Source: Escherichia coli
GTDB taxonomy: Bacteria > Pseudomonadota > Gammaproteobacteria > Enterobacterales > Enterobacteriaceae
Length of the DNA: 64,000 nucleotides
Assembly: GCF_003790525.1 (NCBI RefSeq)
Contig: NZ_CP033635.1
Strand: one strand, 5' to 3'
Shown: piece after piece, positions 13,021 through 32,096 of the stretch
How the letters are laid out: the number at the start of each line of letters is the position of its first letter
Numbering within the stretch: the first letter of the stretch is position 1
The notes under the pieces: model-generated
Database searches by the model: none
Seen by the model: the letters and a program-made list of their open reading frames with translations, nothing else
What the model was told of the DNA's origin: nothing
Position numbers and translations under genes: made by a program

Positions 13021-14379
13021 TTAAAATTTCAGGGCGTTAGCGATATCTTCTTCGCTCTCTTCTTTATCAATCGCGTTTTGTGCTTTGTTAGCGACCACAA
13101 CAAAGGGCAGATAAATTAACGTTGCGATACCAAGGTTGAAGAGTGCGACCAGCAATGCGGCGACGCTACCGTTGGTGTTAAAGAAGGCTCCCAGACCGGT
13201 TGGCATGGTCCACGGTGCAATATTGGTCACCGGAGGAATAATGCCCATGTAGTACGCTGCGAGGGTGATTGCCGCCAGAATCGGTTGTACCAGTACAAAC
13301 GGGATAAACATCACCGGGTTCATGATAATTGGCAGACCAAACAGAATCGGTTCGTTAATCTGGAAGATGCCGGACGGCAGCGCCAGTTTTGCCACCTGAC
13401 GATAATCAGCACGGCGAGAGGCGATAAAGATAGCCAGGATCAGACCTAAAGTCGCACCACTGCCCCCAAGGAAAATAAAGGAGTCCAGCATCGGCTTGGC
13501 CCAGATATGGAAGGTCTTACCGGCTGCCAGCGCCGCTTCGACGGAACCATATTGCTGATAGGTCGCGATATTTTCCAGCGCCCAAGGCGTCATAATGCCG
13601 TTGTCCAGTGCGGTCAGCGCCAGCGCACCATGAATACCGAAGAACCAGAGCAGTGGAACAAAGATCACATAGGCCCAGCCCACCACACTACCCAACGATG
13701 CCAGTGGGGTTGAGATGGTATCCATAATGATCTGATGGAAGTTGGTGCCCCAGGTATTCAACGCCCAGGCAATAATCCCCATCACGGAAAGAATAATAAA
13801 GCCGGGAATTAAAGCCGAGAAGGAACGCGATACTGAAGCAGGTACGCTATCGGGCAATTTAATGACCCAATTGCGGCGGACAATAAAGGTAAACATTTCT
13901 GCCACCACCAGGCCAATAATAATCCCGGAGATGATATTCGCCCCACCTAACCAGTTTGCGCCAACCGCATAGGCCTCACCGACACTATATGGGGTGACGG
14001 TCATAAATGCTGCAACGGATAACAACCCGGCCGCCAGCGCATCGACTTTACGCTCTTCTGCCAGCGCCATGCCAATAAAGAACGGTGCCATTAAAGACAT
14101 TATCCCTAATGTTCCGTTATATACGTTGCCGCCAATACCTTTCAGACCATTAAGTGTTTCAATGGTTGAGGCATCCAGGCGAATACCTAAGGAATAAAAA
14201 AACGACCCCTCCCCAAAGCTTAGAAAAACGTTGTTAATTAATACAAACATGGCCCCCGCAAGGGTTAACGGCATTAAGCGAATAAAGCCATTTTTGATTG
14301 CATTAACGTGTGGCTGCTTTCCTATTTTAACTGCAAAAGGGAGGAGTACCTTTTCAAGCGATGCAATAACATTACTCAT
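13021..14379 (-). CDS. chbC: PTS chitobiose-specific EIIC
   Basis: 452-aa polytopic permease. Confidence 0.9.
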
Positions 14380-14463
14380 AGAAAAATACCCTTAAAAACC
14401 GCAATTTAAATATTGCGGTATTGATTTATGAAATAACTCTTTGACGGGAAAATTTAAAATAAA

Positions 14464-14784
14464 TTAATTTGCTGCGGCTTTTTTAATCGCTGCAACCGCA
14501 GCCTTAAGCACGCCTAAACCATCGACTTTGCCATAAAGCAGCGAGTCAATTACTTCAACCGGTTTGTTGGGTAACAAACGCTGGATTTCGGGCAACATAT
14601 AAGCAATCTGCGGCCCTAATAACACGACATCGGCATTCTGACCTTTTTCACCAGCCAGTGTTTCCGGAAATGCTTCAATAATGACCGGAACTTCATATTT
14701 TTCTGCCTGTGCGCGCATTTTTGATACCAGTAAAGAGGTAGACATGCCCGCAGAACAAAACAGATAAATGTGTTTCTTTTCCAT
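14464..14784 (-). CDS. chbB: PTS chitobiose-specific EIIB
   Basis: 106-aa product starting [17 protein letters not shown] (phospho-Cys motif). Confidence 0.9.
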   Translation of the reverse strand: MEKKHIYLFCSAGMSTSLLVSKMRAQAEKYEVPVIIEAFPETLAGEKGQNADVVLLGPQIAYMLPEIQRLLPNKPVEVIDSLLYGKVDGLGVLKAAVAAIKKAAAN

Positions 14785-15023
14785 AAAACTGCCCTCATCG
14801 ACGATTATCTGTAAGCCAGACACTCCGCAAGCCTTAACCTGCTTCCATGCTCTGGGTAACTTGCGAAACCAACATGACTTTTTTTGTGGCTGAAAGGAGT
14901 ATACGGTATAGACCTGAGCAATAGTATTTCTTTGACCTTATAAATTGTCTCTCCTTGACCTGCGGTTATGACCCTCTTCACATTTCGGGCAAATAATTCG
15001 CGAAGATAATTAAGAACTCAGGC

Positions 15024-15053
15024 CAAAAAAAACCGGCACAATGGCCGGTTTCC
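15024..15053 (-). terminator. rho-independent terminator downstream of osmE
   Basis: Stem ACCGGC / loop ACAATG / GCCGGT flanked by an A-run on plus strand (U-run for minus-strand transcript). Confidence 0.6.
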
Positions 15054-15082
15054 GTTGTAACTCAAGCTTTCAGGCGAAGTGA

Positions 15083-15421
15083 TTACTTCGCAGCCTGTGG
15101 ATCAGTGTCGTATTCAGCACAGGTCTGATAACCGGAGTTGATGACATGTCCGGTATCATCTAACGCGACAAAGTAGGTTTCTGCTTTACCATCACGTTGA
15201 CCCAGGATGTAGGTCTGGCAAGTACCACGAGCATGGATCATGCTCACTTCAGACGAAGGTTTACCCGCAATTTGTGCAACCTGCGCCCGGCTCATGCCTT
15301 TTTTGACGTCTTTCACCACAGGCTGTACAAACTGGTCTTTGGTACGATCATAAGCCGTACAACCCGCCAGCATGGTTAATACCGCCGCTGCACTCAGAAT
15401 TCCTGCCATATTCTTGTTCAT
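15083..15421 (-). CDS. osmE: osmotically inducible lipoprotein E
   Basis: 112 aa with lipoprotein signal (LAGC). Confidence 0.9.
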
Positions 15422-15622
15422 ATTCCGTCCTCTTGTTTATCAGCGTGTTAGATAAGCCTGGAATACATTGGGCGCTTTTTCAAGCCCGTGAACGAAACGG
15501 CTCCGCTTTCAGAGGATTCCTGTATGACGTTTTAACCACCATTCAGCCCGCTGTCGCTTGTCGTTTCAGTAGCAACGGGTTAGCTTTAAGGAAGTTTTGT
15601 CTTTTCTGTCTGGAGGGGTTCA

Positions 15623-16450
15623 ATGACATTGCAACAACAAATAATAAAGGCGCTGGGCGCAAAACCGCAGATTAATGCTGAAGAGGAAATTCGTCGTAGT
15701 GTCGATTTTCTGAAAAGCTACCTGCAAACTTATCCGTTCATTAAATCACTGGTGCTAGGTATCAGCGGCGGTCAGGACTCCACGCTTGCCGGTAAGCTGT
15801 GCCAGATGGCGATTAATGAACTGCGCCAGGAGACCGGCAACGAATCACTGCAATTTATTGCCGTACGCCTGCCCTATGGTGTTCAGGCCGACGAACAAGA
15901 TTGCCAGGATGCCATTGCCTTTATTCAACCGGATCGCGTATTAACCGTTAATATCAAGGGCGCGGTATTGGCCAGCGAACAGGCGCTGCGCGAAGCGGGT
16001 ATTGAATTAAGTGATTTTGTCCGTGGCAATGAAAAAGCGCGTGAGCGGATGAAAGCACAATATAGCATTGCGGGTATGACCAGCGGTGTCGTGGTGGGCA
16101 CCGATCATGCAGCAGAAGCCATTACCGGATTCTTCACTAAATATGGTGACGGCGGTACGGACATTAATCCACTGTATCGTCTCAACAAACGTCAGGGTAA
16201 ACAGTTACTGGCAGCATTAGGTTGCCCGGAACACCTTTATAAGAAAGCCCCAACTGCCGATCTGGAAGATGATCGCCCTTCTCTGCCAGATGAAGTGGCA
16301 CTCGGCGTGACCTATGACAATATCGACGACTATCTGGAAGGGAAAAACCTACCTGAACAGGTCGCCAGAACAATAGAGAACTGGTATCTGAAAACTGAAC
16401 ATAAACGCCGTCCGCCAATTACCGTTTTCGATGATTTCTGGAAGAAGTAA
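15623..16450 (+). CDS. nadE: NH3-dependent NAD+ synthetase
   Basis: 275 aa, PP-loop motif SGGQDS. Confidence 0.95.
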   Translation: MTLQQQIIKALGAKPQINAEEEIRRSVDFLKSYLQTYPFIKSLVLGISGGQDSTLAGKLCQMAINELRQETGNESLQFIAVRLPYGVQADEQDCQDAIAFIQPDRVLTVNIKGAVLASEQALREAGIELSDFVRGNEKARERMKAQYSIAGMTSGVVVGTDHAAEAITGFFTKYGDGGTDINPLYRLNKRQGKQLLAALGCPEHLYKKAPTADLEDDRPSLPDEVALGVTYDNIDDYLEGKNLPEQVARTIENWYLKTEHKRRPPITVFDDFWKK

Positions 16451-16495
16451 TAATTTGCACATATTGGTTTGTGCGAAAAAGAGTACTTTGTTCAC

Positions 16496-16529
16496 GCCGG
16501 ATGCGGCGTGAACGCCTTATTCGACCTAC
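16496..16529. repeat. REP (repetitive extragenic palindrome) element
   Basis: GCCGGATGCGGCGTGAACGCCTTATTCGACCTAC resembles the E. coli REP consensus. Confidence 0.6.
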
Positions 16530-16646
16530 AAAACTATGCAAATTCAATATATTGCAGGAGTCGAATAGGCCTGACAGGCGTAGCACGTCAGACGGTGTAA
16601 CCTTTGTCATCGACCCGCCTCTTTTTTAATCGCTCTCCGCCTGTTA

Positions 16647-16666
16647 CACTGGATAGATAACCAGCA
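16647..16666. promoter_or_regulatory. non-canonical LexA box upstream of cho
   Basis: CACTGGATAGATAACCAGCA (CTGG-N8-CCAG variant) just upstream of the cho start. Confidence 0.6.
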
Positions 16667-16679
16667 TTCGGAGTCAACA

Positions 16680-18180
<1,501 letters not shown>

Positions 18181-18304
18181 TTAGTGGCAATCAGGCTTTT
18201 TTTGCATCTGTTTGAGAACAAAAAAGAAAACCGCCGATCCTGTCCACCGCATTACTGCAAGGTAGTGGACAAGACCGGCGGTCTTAAGTTTTTTGGCTGA
18301 AAGA

Positions 18305-18790
18305 TTATTCAGCAGTTGCAGGCATTTTACCTTTTGCCGCTGGACGTTCTGTCAGACGCTTCTCAAAATTAGCATTAAATTGCTTTTTCTGTTCCGGCGT
18401 CAGGATGTTGTAAATCTTGTTCTGGGTTTCCATGTGCGCCAGCATGTTAGCTTTGCGCTGTTCTTCCATTTTTGCGATCTGCGCTTCAGCTTTTGCTTTA
18501 TCGAAGGTATCGCTGGCAATGATGTCATGCATTGCGCGGCGTTCTTCCAGCGGCGGACGTTTCATCTGGTCACGCTGGCCTTTCATGATTTCGCGGATCT
18601 GCTGTTTCTGCGCGTCGGTCAGGTTCAGGTCTTTGAACATCATGTCCTGATGCGGACCGAACTTGCCTTTGTGGTGCATCATCGGCTTCGCGTCAGCCGG
18701 TGCTGAGGTAGTGGTGTCTGCGGCATGGGCCAGGTTAGCCGCGCCAAGAGCCAGGGTAGAGGCAACAAACAGTGCAGTTAATTTACGCAT
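18305..18790 (-). CDS. spy: periplasmic ATP-independent chaperone Spy
   Basis: 161 aa, signal peptide, CpxP/Spy family helical protein. Confidence 0.9.
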   Translation of the reverse strand: MRKLTALFVASTLALGAANLAHAADTTTSAPADAKPMMHHKGKFGPHQDMMFKDLNLTDAQKQQIREIMKGQRDQMKRPPLEERRAMHDIIASDTFDKAKAEAQIAKMEEQRKANMLAHMETQNKIYNILTPEQKKQFNANFEKRLTERPAAKGKMPATAE

Positions 18791-19119
18791 ATTCTATATC
18801 CTTCCTTTCAGTTATTTATTACGGCTTTCTTAAGTAGCGTGCCGTGTTGACGAGATTAACTTTACTGACTTTAGCGTCAATTAATCAGAGCAACGGTAAA
18901 ACAATGAAAGTGTAAAAAACACTTTTTCGCCAATTATGGAGAAAAAAAGAAAATTTGATGGAGAGTAATGAGAGAATATTACAACACGATGATTTTGCAG
19001 AGATTATGAAGAACTATACCGGATGACTGGTGATAAATAAAGCAAATAACCAGGATTAATCTGTATTAATTTATAAGAAAGTAACTTAATACCCGCAGAA
19101 TGATTTCTGCGGGTAAGTA

Positions 19120-25183
<6,064 letters not shown>

Positions 25184-25592
25184 TTAATAATAAGTAATGT
25201 TTGCGCTGTAAATGTAGATTGCAGGGTTCGTGCCAGCCAGTGATAAAAGTGCATAAACGGCGGAGGCTAACTGGAAATCAAGCAGTTATAACCAAACCAT
25301 ATGCATTTAAAGTGCATATAAAGTGAATACGTTTGCGATGTGGGTGAATAAAAAGAATAAAAAACGCAATGTTATGCAGAAGTAAAATATAATTCTGGAA
25401 TTGTGATCATTGACGAAATTTACTGGAAATTACTGCGCCATTCTGACGCAACGCGCACCAAAAGCGGGCATTTTTTGCGCCATCGTTGACATCATTAACA
25501 ACCATCGATCAAATCACTTAACAACAGGCGGTAAGCAAAGCGAAATTCTGCTACCATCCACGCACTCTTTATCTGAATAAATGGCAGCGACT

Positions 25593-26399
25593 ATGAAATT
25601 TGTCTCTTTTAATATCAACGGCCTGCGCGCCAGACCTCACCAGCTTGAAGCCATCGTCGAAAAGCACCAACCGGATGTGATTGGCCTGCAGGAGACAAAA
25701 GTTCATGACGATATGTTTCCGCTCGAAGAGGTGGCGAAGCTCGGCTACAACGTGTTTTATCACGGGCAGAAAGGCCATTATGGCGTGGCGCTGCTGACCA
25801 AAGAGACGCCGATTGCCGTGCGTCGCGGCTTTCCCGGTGACGACGAAGAGGCGCAACGGCGGATTATTATGGCGGAAATCCCCTCACCGCTGGGCAATGT
25901 CACCGTGATCAACGGTTACTTCCCGCAGGGTGAAAGCCGCGACCATCCGATAAAATTCCCTGCGAAGGCGCAGTTTTATCAGAATCTGCAAAACTACCTG
26001 GAAACCGAACTCAAGCGTGAAAATCCGGTGCTGATTATGGGCGATATGAATATCAGTCCTGGCGACCTGGATATTGGCATTGGCGAAGAGAACCGTAAGC
26101 GCTGGCTGCGTACCGGAAAATGCTCTTTCCTTCCGGAAGAACGCGAATGGATGGAGAGACTGATGAGCTGGGGGTTGGTCGATACCTTCCGCCATGCGAA
26201 TCCGCAAACAGCCGATCGTTTCTCATGGTTTGATTACCGCTCAAAAGGTTTTGACGATAATCGCGGTCTGCGTATCGACCTGCTTCTCGCCAGCCAACCG
26301 CTGGCAGAATGTTGCGTAGAAACCGGCATCGACTATGAAATCCGCAGCATGGAAAAACCGTCCGATCACGCCCCCGTCTGGGCGACCTTCCGCCGCTAA
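25593..26399 (+). CDS. xthA: exodeoxyribonuclease III
   Basis: 268-aa product starting [14 protein letters not shown]. Confidence 0.95.
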   Translation: MKFVSFNINGLRARPHQLEAIVEKHQPDVIGLQETKVHDDMFPLEEVAKLGYNVFYHGQKGHYGVALLTKETPIAVRRGFPGDDEEAQRRIIMAEIPSPLGNVTVINGYFPQGESRDHPIKFPAKAQFYQNLQNYLETELKRENPVLIMGDMNISPGDLDIGIGEENRKRWLRTGKCSFLPEEREWMERLMSWGLVDTFRHANPQTADRFSWFDYRSKGFDDNRGLRIDLLLASQPLAECCVETGIDYEIRSMEKPSDHAPVWATFRR

Positions 26400-26565
26400 T
26401 TTAGCTGTTCTCCTGGCTCAAACTGGGTCAGGAGAATTAACCTTGAGAAAAATCAACAAACTGTCAGTAATGATTTGTTGCCTGCCGCCCTTTGTTATAC
26501 CGTCACTGCGTTTTTAGTTGTCTGACCACTTCTCTATTATCAAGTTTGATATAGGAAACTCCACG

Positions 26566-27276
26566 ATGAACGCTGAGCGTAAATTTCTTTTTGCCTGTCT
26601 TATTTTTGCGCTGCTCATTTACGCTATCCACGCTTTCGGTTTATTCGATCTGCTCACCGATTTACCTCACTTACAAACACTCATCCGCCAGAGCGGATTG
26701 TTCGGTTATAGCCTCTATATTTTGTTATTCATCATTGCCACCCTCTTTCTGTTACCAGGAAGCATACTGGTGATCGCTGGAGGAATAGTTTTTGGCCCGT
26801 TCTTAGGGACACTACTCTCATTAATTGCCGCCACGCTGGCCTCCTCGTGCTCATTCCTGCTGGCGCGCTGGCTGGGGCGTGATTTACTGCTGAAATATGT
26901 GGGCCATAGCCATACTTTTAAGGCCATTGAAAAAGGCATTGCGCGTAACGGTATTAATTTTCTTATTCTGACCCGCTTAATCCCGTTGTTTCCTTACAAT
27001 ATTCAAAATTACGCTTACGGATTAACCACAATCGCCTTCTGGCCTTATACCCTTATTTCAGCACTCACGACTCTGCCCGGTATTGTTATTTATACCGTGA
27101 TGGCAAGCGATCTCGCCAATGAAGGCATTACGCTGCGCTTTATTTTACAACTCTGTCTGGCGGGCCTGGCGCTGTTTATTCTCGTCCAGCTCGCAAAACT
27201 CTACGCCCGACACAAACATGTGGATCTGTCTGCTTCTCGCCGCAGCCCACTTACTCACCCAAAAAATGAAGGATAG
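26566..27276 (+). CDS. ydjX: DedA/TVP38-family membrane protein
   Basis: 236-aa product starting MNAERKF. Confidence 0.85.
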   Translation: MNAERKFLFACLIFALLIYAIHAFGLFDLLTDLPHLQTLIRQSGLFGYSLYILLFIIATLFLLPGSILVIAGGIVFGPFLGTLLSLIAATLASSCSFLLARWLGRDLLLKYVGHSHTFKAIEKGIARNGINFLILTRLIPLFPYNIQNYAYGLTTIAFWPYTLISALTTLPGIVIYTVMASDLANEGITLRFILQLCLAGLALFILVQLAKLYARHKHVDLSASRRSPLTHPKNEG

Positions 27277-27280
27277 AACG

Positions 27281-27958
27281 ATGTTGCAACATTATTCAGT
27301 GTCATGGAAAAAAGGACTGACTGCACTCTGCTTACTGGCTGTTGCTGGGCTTAGCGGCTGCGATCAAAAAGAGAATGCGGCGGCAAAAGTGGAATACGAC
27401 GGACTTTCGAACAGCCAACCGCTGCGTGTCGATGCCAATAACCATACGGTAACCATGCTGGTGCAAATTAATGGTCGTTTCCTCACCGACGACACTCGTC
27501 ACGGTATTGTGTTTAAAGATGGCTCCAACGGACATAAATCGCTGTTTATGGGTTATGCGACCCCGAAAGCATTTTATGAAGCCCTGAAAGAGGCAGGTGG
27601 TACACCGGGCGAAAACATGACGATGGATAATAAAGAAACGACTCATGTCACAGGCAGCAAACTGGAAATTTCGGTCAACTGGCAAGGGGCGGCAAAAGCG
27701 TATTCCTTCGATGAAGTGATTGTTGACAGTAATGGCAAGAAACTGGACATGCGCTTTGGCGGTAATTTAACGGCAGCAGAAGAGAAGAAAACGGGCTGCC
27801 TGGTGTGTCTGGATAGCTGCCCGGTCGGCATCGTCAGCAATGCAACATACACTTATGGTGCGGTTGAAAAACGCGGTGAAGTTAAATTTAAAGGCAATGC
27901 CTCGGTTCTCCCGGCGGATAACACGCTGGCAACGGTTACCTTTAAAATCACCGAATAA
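27281..27958 (+). CDS. ydjY: lipoprotein YdjY
   Basis: Product starting MLQHYSVSWKK with lipobox LSGC. Confidence 0.8.
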   Translation: MLQHYSVSWKKGLTALCLLAVAGLSGCDQKENAAAKVEYDGLSNSQPLRVDANNHTVTMLVQINGRFLTDDTRHGIVFKDGSNGHKSLFMGYATPKAFYEALKEAGGTPGENMTMDNKETTHVTGSKLEISVNWQGAAKAYSFDEVIVDSNGKKLDMRFGGNLTAAEEKKTGCLVCLDSCPVGIVSNATYTYGAVEKRGEVKFKGNASVLPADNTLATVTFKITE

Positions 27959-27972
27959 AGCCAGGATAAAGG

Positions 27973-28680
27973 ATGATGAAGATGCAATCGCGAAAAATCT
28001 GGTACTACCGTATAACCCTCATCATCCTGTTGTTCGCTATGCTGCTGGCATGGGCGCTGCTTCCCGGCGTCCATGAGTTTATCAATCGCAGCGTTGCGGC
28101 GTTTGCCGCCGTGGACCAACAGGGTATAGAACGCTTTATTCAGTCTTACGGCGCACTAGCGGCAGTTGTCTCGTTCTTGTTGATGATTTTACAGGCCATT
28201 GCTGCACCGCTACCTGCGTTTTTGATCACCTTTGCCAATGCGTCGCTGTTTGGCGCGTTCTGGGGCGGCTTACTGTCGTGGACCAGTTCGATGGCCGGCG
28301 CGGCGCTGTGCTTTTTTATCGCCAGAGTGATGGGCCGCGAAGTGGTGGAAAAATTAACCGGCAAAACCGTACTTGACAGTATGGACGGCTTTTTCACTCG
28401 CTACGGCAAACACACCATCCTGGTATGTCGGTTATTGCCTTTTGTCCCTTTCGATCCAATCAGCTATGCTGCCGGTTTGACTTCAATACGTTTTCGCTCG
28501 TTTTTTATCGCCACCGGGCTTGGTCAGTTACCGGCAACTATTGTTTATTCCTGGGCGGGCAGCATGTTAACAGGCGGTACTTTCTGGTTTGTCACCGGAC
28601 TGTTTATTCTGTTTGCCCTGACCGTGGTGATTTTTATGGCGAAGAAAATATGGCTTGAGCGCCAGAAGAGGAATGCCTGA
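27973..28680 (+). CDS. ydjZ: DedA/TVP38-family membrane protein
   Basis: 235-aa membrane ORF. Confidence 0.85.
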   Translation: MMKMQSRKIWYYRITLIILLFAMLLAWALLPGVHEFINRSVAAFAAVDQQGIERFIQSYGALAAVVSFLLMILQAIAAPLPAFLITFANASLFGAFWGGLLSWTSSMAGAALCFFIARVMGREVVEKLTGKTVLDSMDGFFTRYGKHTILVCRLLPFVPFDPISYAAGLTSIRFRSFFIATGLGQLPATIVYSWAGSMLTGGTFWFVTGLFILFALTVVIFMAKKIWLERQKRNA

Positions 28681-29228
28681 TGGGTTTACCGCCGCTTAGC
28701 AAAATTCCTTTCATTTTACGTCCGCAGGCGTGGCTGCATCGTCGCCATTACGGCGAGGTGCTAAGCCCCATTCGCTGGTGGGGGCGGATCCCGTTTATCT
28801 TTTATCTGGTGTCGATGTTTGTCGGCTGGCTGGAGCGCAAACGCTCACCGCTCGATCCGGTAGTGCGATCGCTTGTCAGCGCGCGCATTGCGCAAATGTG
28901 CCTGTGTGAGTTTTGCGTGGATATCACCAGTATGAAAGTCGCCGAGCGTACCGGCAGCACCGATAAACTGCTGGCAGTGGCTGACTGGCGGCAAAGCCCG
29001 CTCTTTAGCGATGAAGAACGGCTGGCGCTGGAGTACGCCGAAGCCGCAAGCGTCACACCGCCAACGGTCGATGATGCCCTGCGTACCCGACTGGCTACCC
29101 ATTTTGACGCTCAGGCACTCACCGAACTGACGGCATTGATCGGCCTGCAAAATCTGTCAGCCCGTTTTAATTCTGCCATGGACATTCCCGCTCAGGGGCT
29201 GTGCCGTATTCCTGAAAAACGTTCTTAA
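28680..29228 (+). CDS. ynjA: carboxymuconolactone decarboxylase-like protein
   Basis: 182 aa, start overlaps ydjZ stop; last backbone gene before island. Confidence 0.85.
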   Translation: MGLPPLSKIPFILRPQAWLHRRHYGEVLSPIRWWGRIPFIFYLVSMFVGWLERKRSPLDPVVRSLVSARIAQMCLCEFCVDITSMKVAERTGSTDKLLAVADWRQSPLFSDEERLALEYAEAASVTPPTVDDALRTRLATHFDAQALTELTALIGLQNLSARFNSAMDIPAQGLCRIPEKRS

Positions 29229-29415
29229 GGAGGGTACTACCTTCACTTCTACCTCTGCCTCCCAAACTCCGTAAAACTCATGCACAATCACCATATTACA
29301 GTCAACCCGAACATTATGAGCTCCACTGAATTCTACTGTTCACCCCCTAAATCAAGCATAAAATGGGGGCATATTTGGGGGCCCATTGTGTTCAGTCAGT
29401 TTCAGGAGCCCCCAT

Positions 29416-30603
29416 ATGGCACTTACAGCCAGACAAGTCGAAACAGCCAAACCTAAAGACAAAGATTATAAACTCTCTGATGAACGTGGTTTATATCTGC
29501 TGGTAAAAACCACGGGAGCACGCTACTGGCGCTTTAAGTACAGGATAGCAGGAAAGGAGAAAAAACTGTCCTTCGGTGTCTATCCTGACGTCTCCCTTGC
29601 AGAAGCCAGAACCAAACGCGACGATGCAAGGAAAATTATCTCCGAGGGCGGTGATCCCGGTGAAAAGAAACGAAGGGAAAAACTCTCACAGAAAATCTCT
29701 GTCACCAACACCTTCCATGCTCTCGCAATCGAATGGCATCATCATAAATCTTTATCATGGTCTGACAGTTACGCCAGAAGCGTACTGGAAGCTCTGGATA
29801 AAGACGTTTTCCCGTATCTGAGCAACCGGAGCGTTACTGATATCCTTCCACTGGAAATGCTGGAAATACTACGTCGAATTGAAAAACGAGGCTCTCTGGA
29901 AAAACTACGCAAGGTCCGGCAATACTGCAATCAGATTTTCCGTTATGCCATAGCCACAGGACGAGCCACTGTCAATCCAGCCTCAGAACTGAGCAGCACG
30001 CTGGCGGCACCAAAAACCGCACATTTTCCCCATCTGAGAGCGGATGAACTTCCTGTTTTTCTCCGGAAGCTCGCTGACTATCACGGCAGTCCTGTCACTC
30101 GTATGGCTACAAACCTGCTGATTCTGACCGGGCTCAGAACGATTGAATTGCGACTGGCCGAATGGTCAGAAATTGATTCTAGCAACGCACTCTGGCATAT
30201 CCCTAGAGAGAGAATGAAAATGCGCCGGCCTCATATTGTTCCTCTGTCACGCCAGGTCATTTCTGTTCTGCAGGAATTACATGGTTTTACCGGACAGTAT
30301 CGCCTTATGCTACCCGGACGTTGCGATGTAAACAAACCTATGAGTGAAGGCTGCATCAATATGGTGCTCAAACGTATCGGTTACGATGGCAGGGCAACCG
30401 GTCATGGTTTTCGTCACACCATGAGTACCATTCTGCACGAACAGGGCTTTAATTCTGCCTGGATTGAAATGCAGTTAGCTCATGTGGATAAAAACTCCAT
30501 CAGGGGTACCTATAATCATGCACATTATCTCGATGGTCGCCGTAAAATGATGCAGTGGTACGCTGATTACATTGATTCTCTTATGGGAAAAACGCACAAA
30601 TGA
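29416..30603 (+). CDS. int: P4-type tyrosine recombinase/integrase
   Basis: N-terminus MALTARQVETAKPKDKDYKLSDERGLYLLV and C-terminal catalytic region (HGFRHT...LAH...Y) typical of P4-like island integrases. Confidence 0.85.
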   Translation: MALTARQVETAKPKDKDYKLSDERGLYLLVKTTGARYWRFKYRIAGKEKKLSFGVYPDVSLAEARTKRDDARKIISEGGDPGEKKRREKLSQKISVTNTFHALAIEWHHHKSLSWSDSYARSVLEALDKDVFPYLSNRSVTDILPLEMLEILRRIEKRGSLEKLRKVRQYCNQIFRYAIATGRATVNPASELSSTLAAPKTAHFPHLRADELPVFLRKLADYHGSPVTRMATNLLILTGLRTIELRLAEWSEIDSSNALWHIPRERMKMRRPHIVPLSRQVISVLQELHGFTGQYRLMLPGRCDVNKPMSEGCINMVLKRIGYDGRATGHGFRHTMSTILHEQGFNSAWIEMQLAHVDKNSIRGTYNHAHYLDGRRKMMQWYADYIDSLMGKTHK

Positions 30604-30613
30604 AATAAACCAT

Positions 30614-30659
30614 CCCCCACCAACTGCAGCGGTTGGTGGGGGCTTAACTGTTATTTTTT
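30614..30659. terminator. hairpin terminator after int (possibly bidirectional)
   Basis: Perfect 11-bp inverted repeat CCCCCACCAAC / GTTGGTGGGGG followed by T-run. Confidence 0.6.
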
Positions 30660-31150
30660 GATTTTTGCCTTCAGGCGTGTCCACAGGAAAATGCAAACTG
30701 CGGTATATACCCGTGTGATAAACAACAGTTTAAGGCTGAAATACTCTCCTGCCTCGCTGGCATTCGTTTCAAACATAGCGAAAAGAACACTCTGCGAGAA
30801 CTCATGACTATAAATAAAATAATAACAGAGTGCTGTCAGTGACGTAGTCCAGAGAATAATACCGACAACCGCTGCAATAATTTTTATCCGTTCTGGAAAA
30901 AGAAACACGGGTATCCGCCACAGGGAGCTGAATAACAGTGAATCTCGTATTCCATTTATTCCACCGTATCCGGTGCTGAAGATAATCACCTGCAGCAGGG
31001 TGGAAAAGATAAAGTATCGCCCCCGTGCGCTCCGGCTGAAAGCAGGTCTGCTGTTTCCGGCATTTAAATGTATTGACCATCTCCCGGTAAAATGTAATAA
31101 ATCCCCCGTTACCGGAAAACCGATGAACAGAATTCGGACAGAAAATGAGT
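30651..31150 (-). pseudogene. N-terminal membrane-domain fragment, possibly of a phosphoethanolamine-transferase/sulfatase-family LPS-modifying enzyme
   Basis: Hydrophobic segments with FAMFETN-like motif; no catalytic domain follows; abuts int terminator. Confidence 0.35.
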
Positions 31151-31153
31151 TCC

Positions 31154-32096
31154 TCAGTTACCTGTTGCGTTTCCCCCGGTCTGATGAGCCAGAGACACAA
31201 TGGTCTGTACCGTTCTGTTGATATTAAACCGGTATTCGATATCTTCTCTGGCGCTGGCAACCATCATCCTGAAGCGTTCCGGGCGGGACAAAAAATCCCG
31301 AAGCGCACTGGTCCATGCAGTCATATCTCCCACAGGTAAAAGTGTTCCTGTCACATTTTTCTGAATGGCATCCGGGATCCCGCCAGTCTCACTGGCAATA
31401 ACGGGAACACCGGAGGCTGACGCTTCAGCCAGGACCATGCCAAATGCCTCATTTTTCAGAAGGCATGATAGCACACTGGCAACCCGGTATATCGGTAACG
31501 CCGGGAAAACAGCACCAGCCATGAAAACATCACCACTCATTCCCAGTGATTCAATCTGCAGGCGAAGGCGTTCTTCGTATTCCTCACGACCAGCGCCCAC
31601 CACGAGCCATCGAAATACTTTCCCTTCCATCTTCAGTTGGTGCAACACCCGGAGCATAAATTCATGCCCTTTCTCGGGACGCAACATACCCACCTGGACA
31701 ATCAGCGGGATATTGCCCGCTGATTCTGTCCATCCCTGAATATGCGGAGGTAACTGTTGCCTGACTTCTCTGTGTAATACAGAAACGATGCCAGCATATC
31801 AGACGGCTCAGGCCTGCAATGTTACTGTCATGACCACTGTGGCAGATTACCAGATCAGGTCTGAATTACCGGATTACCTGCCGCAGTCTGATGATGGAAG
31901 GAAGGTGAAGACTGTTCCTGAAAGGAATAAAAGTAACATCATGTCCGATTGTTCTGGCTTCATGAGCTATTTTACTTTTTTCCCTGCAGGCGAGTAAAAC
32001 AGAATGCCCCTGTTTCTGGAGCGCTGTCATCTGTGCCAGAGCCTGTAACTCCTGGCCACCAATATCTGGTGAAGACTCAGTGAATAAAATCTTCAT
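31154..32096 (-). pseudogene. GT4-family glycosyltransferase, disrupted
   Basis: N-terminal piece (31866-32096) and C-terminal piece (31154-31693, EAFGMVLAEA...GVPVIA motif) in different frames. Confidence 0.6.

Noticed and set aside
29229-29415. Possible tRNA or att site between ynjA and int
   Set aside because: No cloverleaf-compatible sequence or tRNA 3' end (CCA-proximal T-arm) was visible by eye; kept as an open question in the findings rather than a feature.
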